Shown piece by piece: positions 1-11,200 of a stretch of 64,000 nucleotides of DNA (position 1 is the stretch's first letter; each line of letters begins with the position of its first letter). Source of the stretch: Azolla caroliniana (lineage: Eukaryota; Plantae; Polypodiophyta); NCBI GenBank assembly GCA_043228905.1, contig JBHGNT010000004.1:7874001-7938000 (forward strand), in the 5' to 3' direction. The notes beneath the pieces are model-generated. The model worked only from the letters and a program-made list of their open reading frames with translations, had not been told where the DNA came from and searched no databases. A program made the translations under genes and the position numbers.

Positions 1-145
1 TCTAGCTTATGGTTCTTAGAATCTTAGGAAAATATGTAAAGCTTTGGCTTTGCTAGAATCTTCATCTGGTGAGAAAACCATATGAAATTCTTCGTTTTTC
101 TGAAAGAATCTAGATTATATAAGTAGAAAGGAGGAGATAATTTAC

Positions 146-636
146 CTCATATTCTAATTTATGCTTCTCTGAATCTTCAAGAGGTATGTAGTATTTGGCA
201 AGCCTCGTTTTCCCTTGCCTATTTTGAAGCAATATGAAGCGAATCTGCAACATTACATTTTCGCACAGTAAATCAAACTTCATATCGTCAGTTTCTTTGC
301 TTTTCCTTTCTTTTTCCAAACAAACTATGAAAATGTAAGCTTTTTTTCTGTTTCGGATGACATGAGCTTTCAGATGATAAGCGTTTCTTGTGTGTTTCAG
401 ACGGAGAGCGGATTTCTGATGATAAGCTTTTGAATTTGTTTTCCAGAAGAAATCAAATTCCTGATGACAAGCTTTTGCTTCTTTCTTTTCAGGGAATGAA
501 AACAAAATCTCGCACTAAATTACGAACAGGACGTCAATTACATACACACTAAATGTATCCGAACATAAGTCGTCCAATATCTAGATAACAGTGAAATGGA
601 AACAAAGAAGGCATATACAGGAATAATTATTACCAT
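146..636 (-). CDS. AP2S1: AP-2 adaptor complex sigma subunit, first two coding exons (ATG-only exon end 634-636; 99-bp exon 146-244); rest of gene lies beyond the window start
   Basis: Exon 146-244 translates [33 protein letters not shown], the recognisable N-terminus of plant AP-2 sigma (AP17). It is bounded by ttgcAG acceptor and GTaaat donor. gccATG|GTaata at 634-636 supplies the start codon across a 245-633 intron. Confidence 0.93.
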
Positions 637-857
637 GGCTTAGACGAGGGAAGCGAATGGCTGGCGGGGGATCCCTTCTTCGCTCAGATCCGCGACGAAA
701 AACAGTGTTTCTCTCGACTCTAACCTTCTCGATGTCTCTAACTCTGTCTCTGTCTCTCTCCTACATACGTACGTACATACAGGGTTGTACGCATACGATA
801 CAGTCTGTATTCATTCATGTACGTATATTTATACGATGTACATATTATACTATAACA

Positions 858-968
858 CTATGTGTATGTGTATGTGTATGTGTATGCATGCATGTATGTA
901 TGTATGTATGTATGTATGTATGTATGTATGTATGTATGTGCGTATGTCACATGTGTGTATGTATGTAC
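858..968. repeat. (TATG)n/(TGTATG)n microsatellite upstream of AP2S1
   Basis: Visible tandem tgtatg and tatg runs. Confidence 0.9.
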
Positions 969-1647
969 GTATCACAAAGAGATCATCTACTTCATCATTT
1001 TTCTATGTGTTGAATAAAAGTTACTCATCCGAGTTTATTATGCTTGTCATTGTCATGTGGGTTGGGACGTTTCGATTTGCATGTGCTCATCATCATCATG
1101 TGCTAGCTGAAGCCAAGCCTCCTGTTCGCACGGAACTTAAAGCTCAAACACGTTACTCCGCAAAATAACAAGCCTCGGTCCAAAGGCCAGAAAGACGGGC
1201 TCAAAGTTTACGTTAGCTTTGTTGCCTTCCGTTCAGATTCATTTGGTATGCATAATTCGGCGGTGCGTATATATCAACCTTGGCCCACAAGGACATTTGC
1301 CAATTTTGAAGAAGGGAGCAATTACTGATTATATATAACCATTAACAGAACAACAATTCTTTTAATTATGGTAAATTGATCCTAAACATATTCTTTTAGC
1401 ATACTTATGTCCTTAACCTTAATTTAACGTGATCAAGTTTTGCAACCTTAATTTAATTATTGTACATTAATATCACATGTACATATTCTTTTTATATGTT
1501 TATGTTCTTAACCTTAATTTAATGTGATTAGGACCTACTTTTGAAATAGCATATATAGGTCATCTTAAAAACAAGTTAGCATTACTATGAAACTTATAGT
1601 ATAAATAAATGTATTTAAGTAAACTTCCCTATATTTTACCTCTTAGG

Positions 1648-2228
1648 TAGCAATGGGCCCGATTTCAGGTCAAACTGAATTGAACCATTAAACCATGGCT
1701 TAACGATTTATAGGTTCGAAGATAAATAAACAGTTTGGTTTGGTTTAAAATGTTACTAATCAGTTTGGTTTTGAATTTCATGGTTTAGCGGTTTAGCAAT
1801 TTCGGTTTATAGGTTAAAAAATTCACCTACATTTTCTTTATAGGCTTTAACTTTCAACTTTTAATTTTAAATCCTAGTTTTAACTTATTAAATTTTATAT
1901 GCATTACATATAGAGTCTCCCTTTTCATTTATGATGATCAAATATAATAAGCATAATAACCAAATTTATGATAAGAATGATTACCAAATTTATAATAAGT
2001 ATGATGAAAAAATTTATGATGATTTTCTAAGACAAATTTATAATAAGTATGATGATCAATATTAATAAAAAATGGTTTGGTTTCTCCTATTTTTTTAAAT
2101 GGTTTGGTTTAAATGGCTTCATAAATTTTAAATAGTTTGGTTCGTTTTTTATTATGAATAAATGGTTTGTTTTGTTTTCAAGGCCAAGAAGCTGAAGCGA
2201 AGCGAAACCGAATTGGGCCCATTGCTTA
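1648..2228. mobile_element. Non-autonomous hAT-type DNA transposon (MITE), 581 bp
   Basis: TIRs TAGCAATGGGCCC ... GGGCCCATTGCTTA; perfect 8-bp TSD CTCTTAGG (1640-1647 and 2229-2236); AT-rich interior with subterminal GGTTT repeats. Confidence 0.9.
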
Positions 2229-3887
2229 CTCTTAGGAGAGAGTTTAAACAACTAGCTTATTGGATACCTACAAAAGAATAATTGTAACTTCCAAAACATC
2301 TATCTTTGTGTCTACACGTAAACATCACAAAAAAACTCCATACCAACACTTCATGAGGGCCAAACGAATTAGGTTGCAATCCGTTAATAACCAAAAGCAT
2401 GCTTTCTTATGTATACACCATCATGAACATACACATCTAGGATTAAGTGAAAGTTAATGGCATGTTCGCATTCCATACGACGCTTGGAGATCATATTTCA
2501 CACATACCTTATTTTATGGTGTGCACCATTGAGGTAATTTGTCCCATTAACCATACTCTTAAACATTGAATCACACACACACACTTTTGATATACGTGAA
2601 AAAGCTACCTACTTGCACCCCCATCAACATTGTTAAGATATCACCTCAACTGCACAACTTGAGCATGAACATGCATGGCTTGAGACATGTATATGTCCAC
2701 CCTTGTAATAAATGGATGGGACATACCTTGCATTGAATTCAGAAGTGGATGCGTTTAGATATCTCAGTCATTGTCCCATCACGAAAGATTGGTTTCAACT
2801 TCTATGTGAAGCATATAGAATGTTTTATATAACCAAGCCTCTCTTGTATCTACCACTCGTTGTGTTGGTTCATAGTTGATATAGTCTTGATTTAATTGTA
2901 ACTTCGGATGCTAACTTAGCTCGTGTAGAAAAAGGTGTGTGGTTTCCATGCGCATGACATTGGAACACGTCTTATGAATCTATGGAATTATGTCATCTAT
3001 CGATATCATTGGCCCAAGGATCCAAACTGGTGTACACTCCATTAGTAACAAACCGAGCAAGAGTGATTATCGGTTGGTCACTCTTGAGCTACTAGTTTAA
3101 CTAATTGTAGTGATTAGTGCTTACACTCGCTCTCTCTCTCTCTCTCTCGTAATGGAAATATATGAGTGGACAAAGAAGGCAAGGGGTAAATATTACACCA
3201 CTTTTTATTAGCAAAGAGGTTTAGCACACATACAAGAGTGGAGTGATTAGGGTTGTCTTAATTAGCTCTTAACCTAAATATCTTTTAAATCAAATGAAAG
3301 ATTAAAGGGATTGAGCGAGAGCTCTAAATACACAAGTGAAATGAGAAAACCCAAGAATGGAGAAGAGCTAGACAAGTCACTAGAGTTAGCTTTTATAACT
3401 TTTTACTAAGGGGTTGGGTTCCTTTCACACTCGGGCGCCCATTGGCTACAAAGTGTTGTCTTGGAATGGTGTGTCAAGTGTGAGAAAATGAGAAAAAGTG
3501 AGGTTCCACGCATATTTCACAAAGTTGTGTATAATAAAAATAAATAAATAACAAATAAGTGTCAGTAATTAGGGCCATTATGTGTGTATAGAGGGGCGTA
3601 GACTTCGAGTCTTTGTTGGTGCGTATTATAGAGAATATTATTTCCCTTTTTCTTTTCTTTTTAACCCAAAGGAATAATAAAAGCATTGAATGCTAAAATA
3701 GGCACCTCTTTTTCCTCAATAAGAAGGGAAGAAGAGGGCTTATTTCGGGGTCGCCCATTTTGCCTTAGAGGGTGTACCATTTAGGGTTTCATCTCTTTCT
3801 TTCTTCTTCTTCTTCTTCTTCTTGGGTTAGGGTTTGAGAGCTTCTTCTTTCTACTTTTCATATTTTCTCCTCAACATATTAAAGGAC

Positions 3888-4249
3888 TCAAGGTTTAAGG
3901 TTTCTATGTTCCTTATGAGCTTCTAGGGTTCTTCTTTCATATGAGTCCTTCTTGTTTAGGAGTTTCCAATCAGACTCCAATACCCTTGCGGGTATTTCAC
4001 TTTTGTCTATGGGTTCATTTAGATCTTTGACTATCAGAAGATCCTCCATCTTGATCTTCCACTCAAAGTAGTTGTGTGAGTTCAGGACTATCATACTTGG
4101 GAAGCCGCTCACACCTCCTTCCATTATTGCACCTCAAGCTCTGATACCAGTTTGTTGAGATCGGACCGTAGATCTATGAGAAAGATAGTTTGAAAATGCA
4201 CAACACAGAAAACAGACAACAGTAACTCGATAGAGAATAAAATAGTACA
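3888..4249 (-). mobile_element. Ty1/Copia 5' fragment (partial LTR, tRNA-iMet PBS, gag start)
   Basis: PBS TGGTATCAGAGC on - strand at 4138-4149 next to an LTR end (...CAACA); ORF MIVLNSHNYFEWKIKMEDLL is a Copia gag N-terminus. The LTR is cut by element B at 4250. Confidence 0.8.
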
Positions 4250-5452
4250 TGTTAGCCGGTCGGCTACCCGAGGTATAAAGGTTGACAAAGGAGTCAGAGT
4301 CAGACGTATATGAAAAGATAGAATTTGAATTGTAATTTTTCCAAGTATAAAAAATAGAGTAAATTAGGAAATAGGACGGTTTTGTATAACTATAGGTTCT
4401 TGCCAAACAAGCAAGTGTAAAATCTTGGAGAAGTCTCTTAGGTCGCCTATAAAAAGGGACCGAGAGCATTGTATCATCATCGTTTTGTTTTGGGTTTTAA
4501 TATAAATTTTGGTAGTTAGAGTATCCACTATGTTGATTGTTCTGTTTATTCTCATATCTATTTATTGTGTCGGATGTTCGAATTCAGCCTCTGCTACACA
4601 TATTTATATTTGTAACCGACAATCGATCAATAGTTACGTCCTAAGTCTATTAAGTGAAATTTGAGTAACCTATGTTTATAGTAAGTTCTGATTAAAGAAT
4701 CAATGTCGACAAACAACATATCTCCAACCACAATCATCACGTTGATAGAACGTTTTGGAAGTAGAACATTCGACCTATTGTGTCTGTCGGCCGTTGGCAA
4801 GAACAACACAATTTTTTGGCACGCCCGGTTACATCTGGCACAAGCAAAGAACAAGGAGAATGGATGTCATCTAGTCGACTTAGCACAGACAAGCCTGCAG
4901 GAAGCAGAAGACCACACACCAAATCAGAGAGACGATGTGCAGAAGAAGGTAATTCCAATAGTTTGGAATTTGTCAAACAAATCCAGCCAGAAGTTGAAGG
5001 GGAATTAAGAGAAGTTCCTGATTTATCCACTAACAGTAGTTCAGACGAGGAGCCGTCCGATCATAGCAATTCCTTCACGAACATAGGAGGCGTTTTCGAA
5101 GAGGATACAATGACGTATCCCTATTCTAAATACAATGATGAAGCCGACGTGGAAGCACATTTACGTGCTTTTCTTACAACATGGCAAGCTAACCATGTGT
5201 CCCAGAGATTGTCGGAAGCCGATACTGACAAATCAGAAATTGCAAAATTCGGATTGTTGCTTGATAGACAATCAGCGAATTGGTACTCACAACATGAGGA
5301 GGGCGAGTTTCAATCATTTAAATAATTAACCACTAAGTTTATTAGGATCTTTCACCGACAAGTTCCAAAAAGGGAACTCATGAGCCAATTCTATGCGGCA
5401 TATCAAGAAGCCCATGAAACTGTTCCTCAGTTCATTATTAGATTTCAAAATC

Positions 5453-6700
5453 ATTGGATACGATGTCAGCGTCATCAGGCGATATATGAGCAATCCCGAA
5501 AGAGAGCATTGGGTAGCGGTCAAATGGATACTTTGGTACTTGAGAGGCACCTCGAGTGTGTGCCTCCAATTCGGCTCAGGTAACCCCACATTAGAAGGTT
5601 ATACTGATTCGGACATGTCGGATGATGTGGATACCAACCGATCCACGTCCAGATACGTAATGACTTATGCAAGGGGAGCCGTTTCGTGGCAGTCGAGGCT
5701 GTAGAAGGCCGTGTCGCTGTCAACCACGGAAGCCGAGTATATGGCTACTACAAAAGCCGGCAAGGAAATAGTTTGGATAAAGGAGTTCATTGGAGAGTTG
5801 GGGATTCGACAGGAGGAATTCTAACTCTATTGCAACAAACAAAGTGCCATTGACCTTACGAAGAATGCTACCTATCACTTGAGGACCAAACATAGCCAGA
5901 GGAGATACCATTGGCTCCGAGAGCGGGTAGAAGAGAAGGAGTTTGCTTTAGTGAAAGTGCACACAACGGAGAATGGGTCGGACATGTTAATGAAGGTGCT
6001 GTCGGCCGAAAAGTTGGACGCGTGTCGAAGATGGGTCAGACTGGCGAAACACCCCATGCCGGGGTGAAGGGGGAGTTTGTTGGGAAAACTGGTCCCTCTG
6101 AATGGGAAGAGGAGCACGAGTCAAAGGAAAGGGAGAACCGAATTGGTTGACAAAAACTCGGTCGAGGCCGAAAAATCAAACCGATTGTTCGATTCGGTTC
6201 TAGCCAAAAATTGAATCCGAATTGATTCAGCTAATAGTTGAATCGGTTGAAGCCAACTCGGGGCTACATCTGTAAATAGAGTTAATGTGCCCTTGTGGGC
6301 TATATTTGTAAATAGCCCTAAATGTTGTATTAGTATAAATATATCTAGGGCAATCATTATGTGATGATGATCACTGTTGTATAGTTGTTGAAAAGATATA
6401 TTTGGTAGTTGCATCTGTAACTAAGAGTGAGTGAGTGAGAGAGAGTATAACTTCTCTATAGCCGTCTGCTTAGACGAAGAAGAACTCAAGGTTGGTGCCT
6501 TGCAAGTTCTTATTGTATTCCTCTTATTGATTGTGAGATAATTCAGAGTCTGTGGGCTCCCATGGTTTTTCGCATTTCGGGTTTTCCACGTAAACATCTT
6601 GTGTCTCTGTACTTCTGTTGTTTGTGTACCATCATTCATGATCTTTGCACCCACATTTGCATACGTATTAACTGGTTGTGGCCAGAGTTGATTCTCAACA
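5453..6700 (+). mobile_element. Ty1/Copia (Tnt1/Tork-like) 3' fragment: RT end, RNase H, PPT and 3' LTR 6078-6700, inside B
   Basis: HWVAVKWILWYLRGT, EGYTDSDM, GAVSWQSRL, RTKHSQRRYHWLRE motifs; PPT GAAGGGGGAG just before TGTTGGG...CTCAACA; 5' part lost together with part of B gag. Confidence 0.88.
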
Positions 6701-8267
6701 TTATATGCACCAGGGGCTTATCCTTTGATGTTGGGTTGACCATGGATTCGAACTGCCAATATCAAACAGAATTGATAGAAGAATCTTCTAACATTTTGGA
6801 AAGACAAAACCAAGATTAGGGTTTTGACTCAGGAGAAGGTAGCAACAATGCGAGAATGTGTGCCTTTATATGCAGAATCCGTCAATATGATGGAGGGATT
6901 AGATGACGGGGAAGTAAATCAACATTTGGAGGAAAATCCGAAAAGCATTCCCTTGTTTGAAATAGATGTTGTCGAAATAATCACACCATATCTTGGAAAG
7001 GACGACAAGGAGGCCGATGTTCCGGTCGATAGGAAGATTCTAATGGTGTTACGTCATCAACAATAAGCTATGGAAAAATAAAGCTTTCTTGATTGGTCGA
7101 ATGAAGTCGACCCATAGCGGTTTGTCGATTTCCTCTTTTACTTTGACTGCGTAATTTGGATTTAATCGGTAACGTCGTTGTTGTATCAGCTTCACATCTT
7201 TCTATAGGTTGATTTGATGGTAACATAAGGCAAGATCCAATCCTTTCATAGCCTCGAATGACCATGCAAAGACATCTTTGTATTGTTGTAATAACTCTGT
7301 GAGCTTGGTCTTGTCGGCCAACTACATTTCTTTCACTATTAGTACTACTTTTGGTTCGGCATCATGGTCTGCCAGATTTAATTCCTCGAGTGACAAAGCC
7401 CGCACTCGCTGTGATACTTGGCCCGATCGTTGTCGTTCCCAAAAAGAATGGGAAAATTAGGGTGTGTGTCGATTACAGAAAATTAAATGCGGCAACAGTA
7501 AAAGATGGTTTTCCGTTACCTTTCACAGATGAAGTTCTCGATGCGGTAGTAGGGCATGAGATATACAGTTTCCTTGATGCATTCCTTGGGTATAATCAAA
7601 TTCGAATGCATCCATACGATTAGGAAAAGACAACTTTTGTCACAGAATGGGGCGTCTTTGTGGCAATAGTAATGATGTTCGGCCTCAAAACGGCTCCAAC
7701 AACATTTCAACGGGTAATTATGGAAATATTTTTGGATTATATACTAATATTTATGCAAGTATTTTTGGACTATTTTGCAATTTATAGTTGAAGGAAAGAC
7801 CATTTCGAACATCTCTGACTCTGTTTGGAAAGGTGTCGACAAGGTCAGTTAAGCTTGAATCTAGCAAAATGCGCATTTGGCGTCACCAATGGTACATTCC
7901 TTGGGCATATCATTAGTCAGGACGGTATTGTTGTCGACCCACATAAAGTAAAAACAATAATGGATGCGCCACCGCCAATGAATACTAAGTCATTGAGTCG
8001 ATTTCTGGGCCAGATTCGATGGCATAGTCAAATGATCAAGTATTTGACGGATGTGGTGACACCTCTTCATGCGACAACTCATAAAACACCTTTCTAATGG
8101 TTGGCAACTGAATAGGATGCATATGGTTGTTTGAAGAAAATGTTGTCAAAAGTCTCAGTCATTCAACCACCAGATTGGACAAAAGATTTTCATGTCTTTG
8201 TCGATGCCTCAGATATAGCTATTGGAAGCACATTAATGCAATTGTTGGAGTCGAACTGGTACATTCC

Positions 8268-11200
8268 TGTCGAGCAGCAAGCTCAACCGGATCCGGATCG
8301 GCATTCGGAAGGATGAGCCGGTGAGCTGGGGAGCCGGTTAGCCGGATCAAGCAGTAACCAGAAGCCTAGACTATTAGGTAGTTAATGTCTCATAGTTAGT
8401 GTCAGACGCTCGTGTGAGCATTGAAGTACATTGTACTTCTGTCAATCCTCTTAGGACTTGTATAAATAGTGCTGTTGAGCATGTTGAATGTATAGAGAAT
8501 TTTATAGAGTTATTGATAATAGATTTAAGTTGTTCTGTTCTCTCTCTCTCTCTCTCTCTTGTGTACCTTCTGTGTGTTAATTTCTCTCTCTGTGTTGCTA
8601 TCCGGCTAAGCCGATTGTCTAACGCTTCTGCACCTTCGTTTCTACATGGTATCATAGCGCGAGGGTTGAGAACCTCTGCAGCCGACATCAGCATCTGGAG
8701 ACAAACCCTAAGACCTGATAAGAACAGAAAGAGAAGTGATGGACAAAGGAATGGCTAGCTCGCTCCCGGTGGAGAAGCTCGACAGATCCAACTATGCATC
8801 TTGGTCATACAAGATGCACCAGTACCTACATGGGCATGGTTACTGGAGCTATGTCGATGGAGCTAATGACACAGCACCTGGTGCGATACACAATGACTTC
8901 CCAGTGTGGGAACAAGCGGCAAGCAGAGTGATGTACTGCTTTGCGTCCAGTGTCGGAGACCAACTGCTGAGCCATGTCCGAGATGCCAAGACGCCAACGA
9001 AGCTTGGGGAAGCCTGAAGAAGGTTTTCGTGGCAAGCACTCCGGCCCGGAAGCTGCAACTCCGATAGGAGTTGAGCAATGTCCGACAGAAGGACATGTTG
9101 GTAGCCGATTACACGGCTCGAATCAAAGAGATTTGGGATTGACTTGCCTCTTTCAACATCACTGTAGAGGAAGATGAGATGGTGCAGATCTGTCTTGGGG
9201 GCCTAGCATCTAAGTTCAGAGCGTTCCGAACGGCGGTCTGTACAAGGGAGAATACGCTGTCTTTTTTCGACTTACAGTCGATGCTCCTTGTAGAGGAGAA
9301 CCACGCAGGTGCGTCAACAAGTGCACCCATCGAAAACCGGATGTTGTACACGGAGGCAGATCGGCCCCGTGGGCGTGGTGGACGAGGCGGGTTGGCTCGC
9401 AATGGTAGCGACCGACAAGAGCAGGACCGAAGACACAGAGAACGTGCCGACAACAGTTCCCGATCCTCCACAAGCAGGGGGAGTCAAGGCGGCGCCAGAG
9501 GCCGGCAAGCAAAGGCCGACAAGGAATGCTAGTACTGTGGTAAAAAGGGCCACAGAGAAAGCGAGTGCTGGAAGAAGCGCGCCGATTCGGACAAATCCGG
9601 ATCCGGCAAGGCTGATAGAGAGAACTGGCAATACTCGCACTACATAGAAGGATCGGGAGGATCCAAAACCAGAAAAGCCAGTAAAGGGCCAACCTTGGTG
9701 ATGAAACACTAGGCTAACTCGATGAAGAAGACCACTTCCAAATCGGAGGAAGTGTGGTACGTTGATTCCGATTCGTCGAATCACATGACGAGCCAGAAAG
9801 AGTGGTTTTGGATCGGGAGGATCCAAAACCGGAAAAGCCGGTAAAGGGCCAACCTTGGTGATGAAACACTAGGCTAACTCGATGAAGAAGACCACTTCCA
9901 AATCGGAGGAAGTGTGGTACGTTGATTCTGATTCGTCGAATCACATGACGAGCCAGAAAGAGTGGTTCTCTTTCTTGGAGAAACCGGAACAACAGGGAGT
10001 CGTCGAAACCGGACACGACACTCCTCACCCAATCGTGCATGTCGGAGAAGTCCCTTTGAGCCACATCAGACAAAGGGGGAAGCTGATGAACGTATTACAC
10101 GTTCCGACTATCACGAAGAACCTGGTGTCAGTCTGTCATATCGTTGACCAGGGGATGCAGGTGCGGTTTACGCACCTTGGGTGCTTCATCGAGGAAGAGG
10201 GCCAGATTATTGCGCAAGGGTGCAGAGATGGGAGGATGTTCATCCTCAACACCAATGACGTCAGCACCGCTTTGTTCGCCAAAGGACAGAAGATTGAATC
10301 GGATATTGATCTCTGGCACAAGCGGATCGGCCACGTCAATTACCAGAGGCTTCAAGACCTGCAAACGGAACAAGTTGTTTTCGGTTTGCCAAAGTTCAAT
10401 GGTCGGAAGGTCCAAATATGTGAAGCCTGCCAACTTGGGAAGCAACACCGACTTCCATTCCCCACCGAACGACGCAGAGATGGGAGGATGTTCATCCTCG
10501 ACACCAATGACGTTGGCACCGCTATGTTTACGAAAGGGCAGAATGTCGAATCAGACATCGACCTATGGCACAAGCTGATCGGCCACGTCAATTATCGGAG
10601 GCTTGAAGACCTGCAATCGAAACAAGTCGTTTTTGGTTTGCCGAAATTTAGCGGCCGGAAGGCCGAAATTTGTGAAGCCTGCCAACTTGGGAAGCAACAC
10701 CGGTTTCCATTCCCCACCGAACGAAACCGTAGCCGTAACAAGCTTGATCTTATTCATTCGGATGTATGGGGACCGCACAAAACATTAGTCTTGGCGGGAG
10801 TCGATACTTCATCTCCTTCATTGACGACTATAGCCAGTACAGATGGATCTACCTGATTGAGCGGAAGAGCGAAGTCTTCGAGTGTTTCCGGAACCTGCAA
10901 AGCCTGGTTGAACGGGAAACAGAGAGGAAGATCAAGTGCCTGCGGTCGGATGGCGGAAAAGAATATTTTTCCGACCAATTCAACAGTTATCTGCAGCAAA
11001 AAGGAATTCAGAGAGAGTTCAGTTGCAGATACACACCGGAGCAAAATGGTGTGGCCGAGAGGAAGAACCGATCGATCATTGACATGGCAAGGGCGATGCT
11101 GGAGGAGAAGAGCATGCCCAAATTCTACTGGGCTAAGGCGGTCCGGATGGCCGTCTATATCCAAAACTGGATCGGTGACAAGGTATCCGCGCATGAGCTA

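Noticed and set aside
110-505. 131-aa ORF as a complete protein
   Set aside because: Only 146-244 is exon; the rest is intron read-through.
657-1168. ORFs rich in C/V/M/Y
   Set aside because: Translations of the TATG microsatellite.
2237-3887. Possible decayed TE or LTR sequence
   Set aside because: No TIR, TSD, second copy or recognisable protein motif that I can support.
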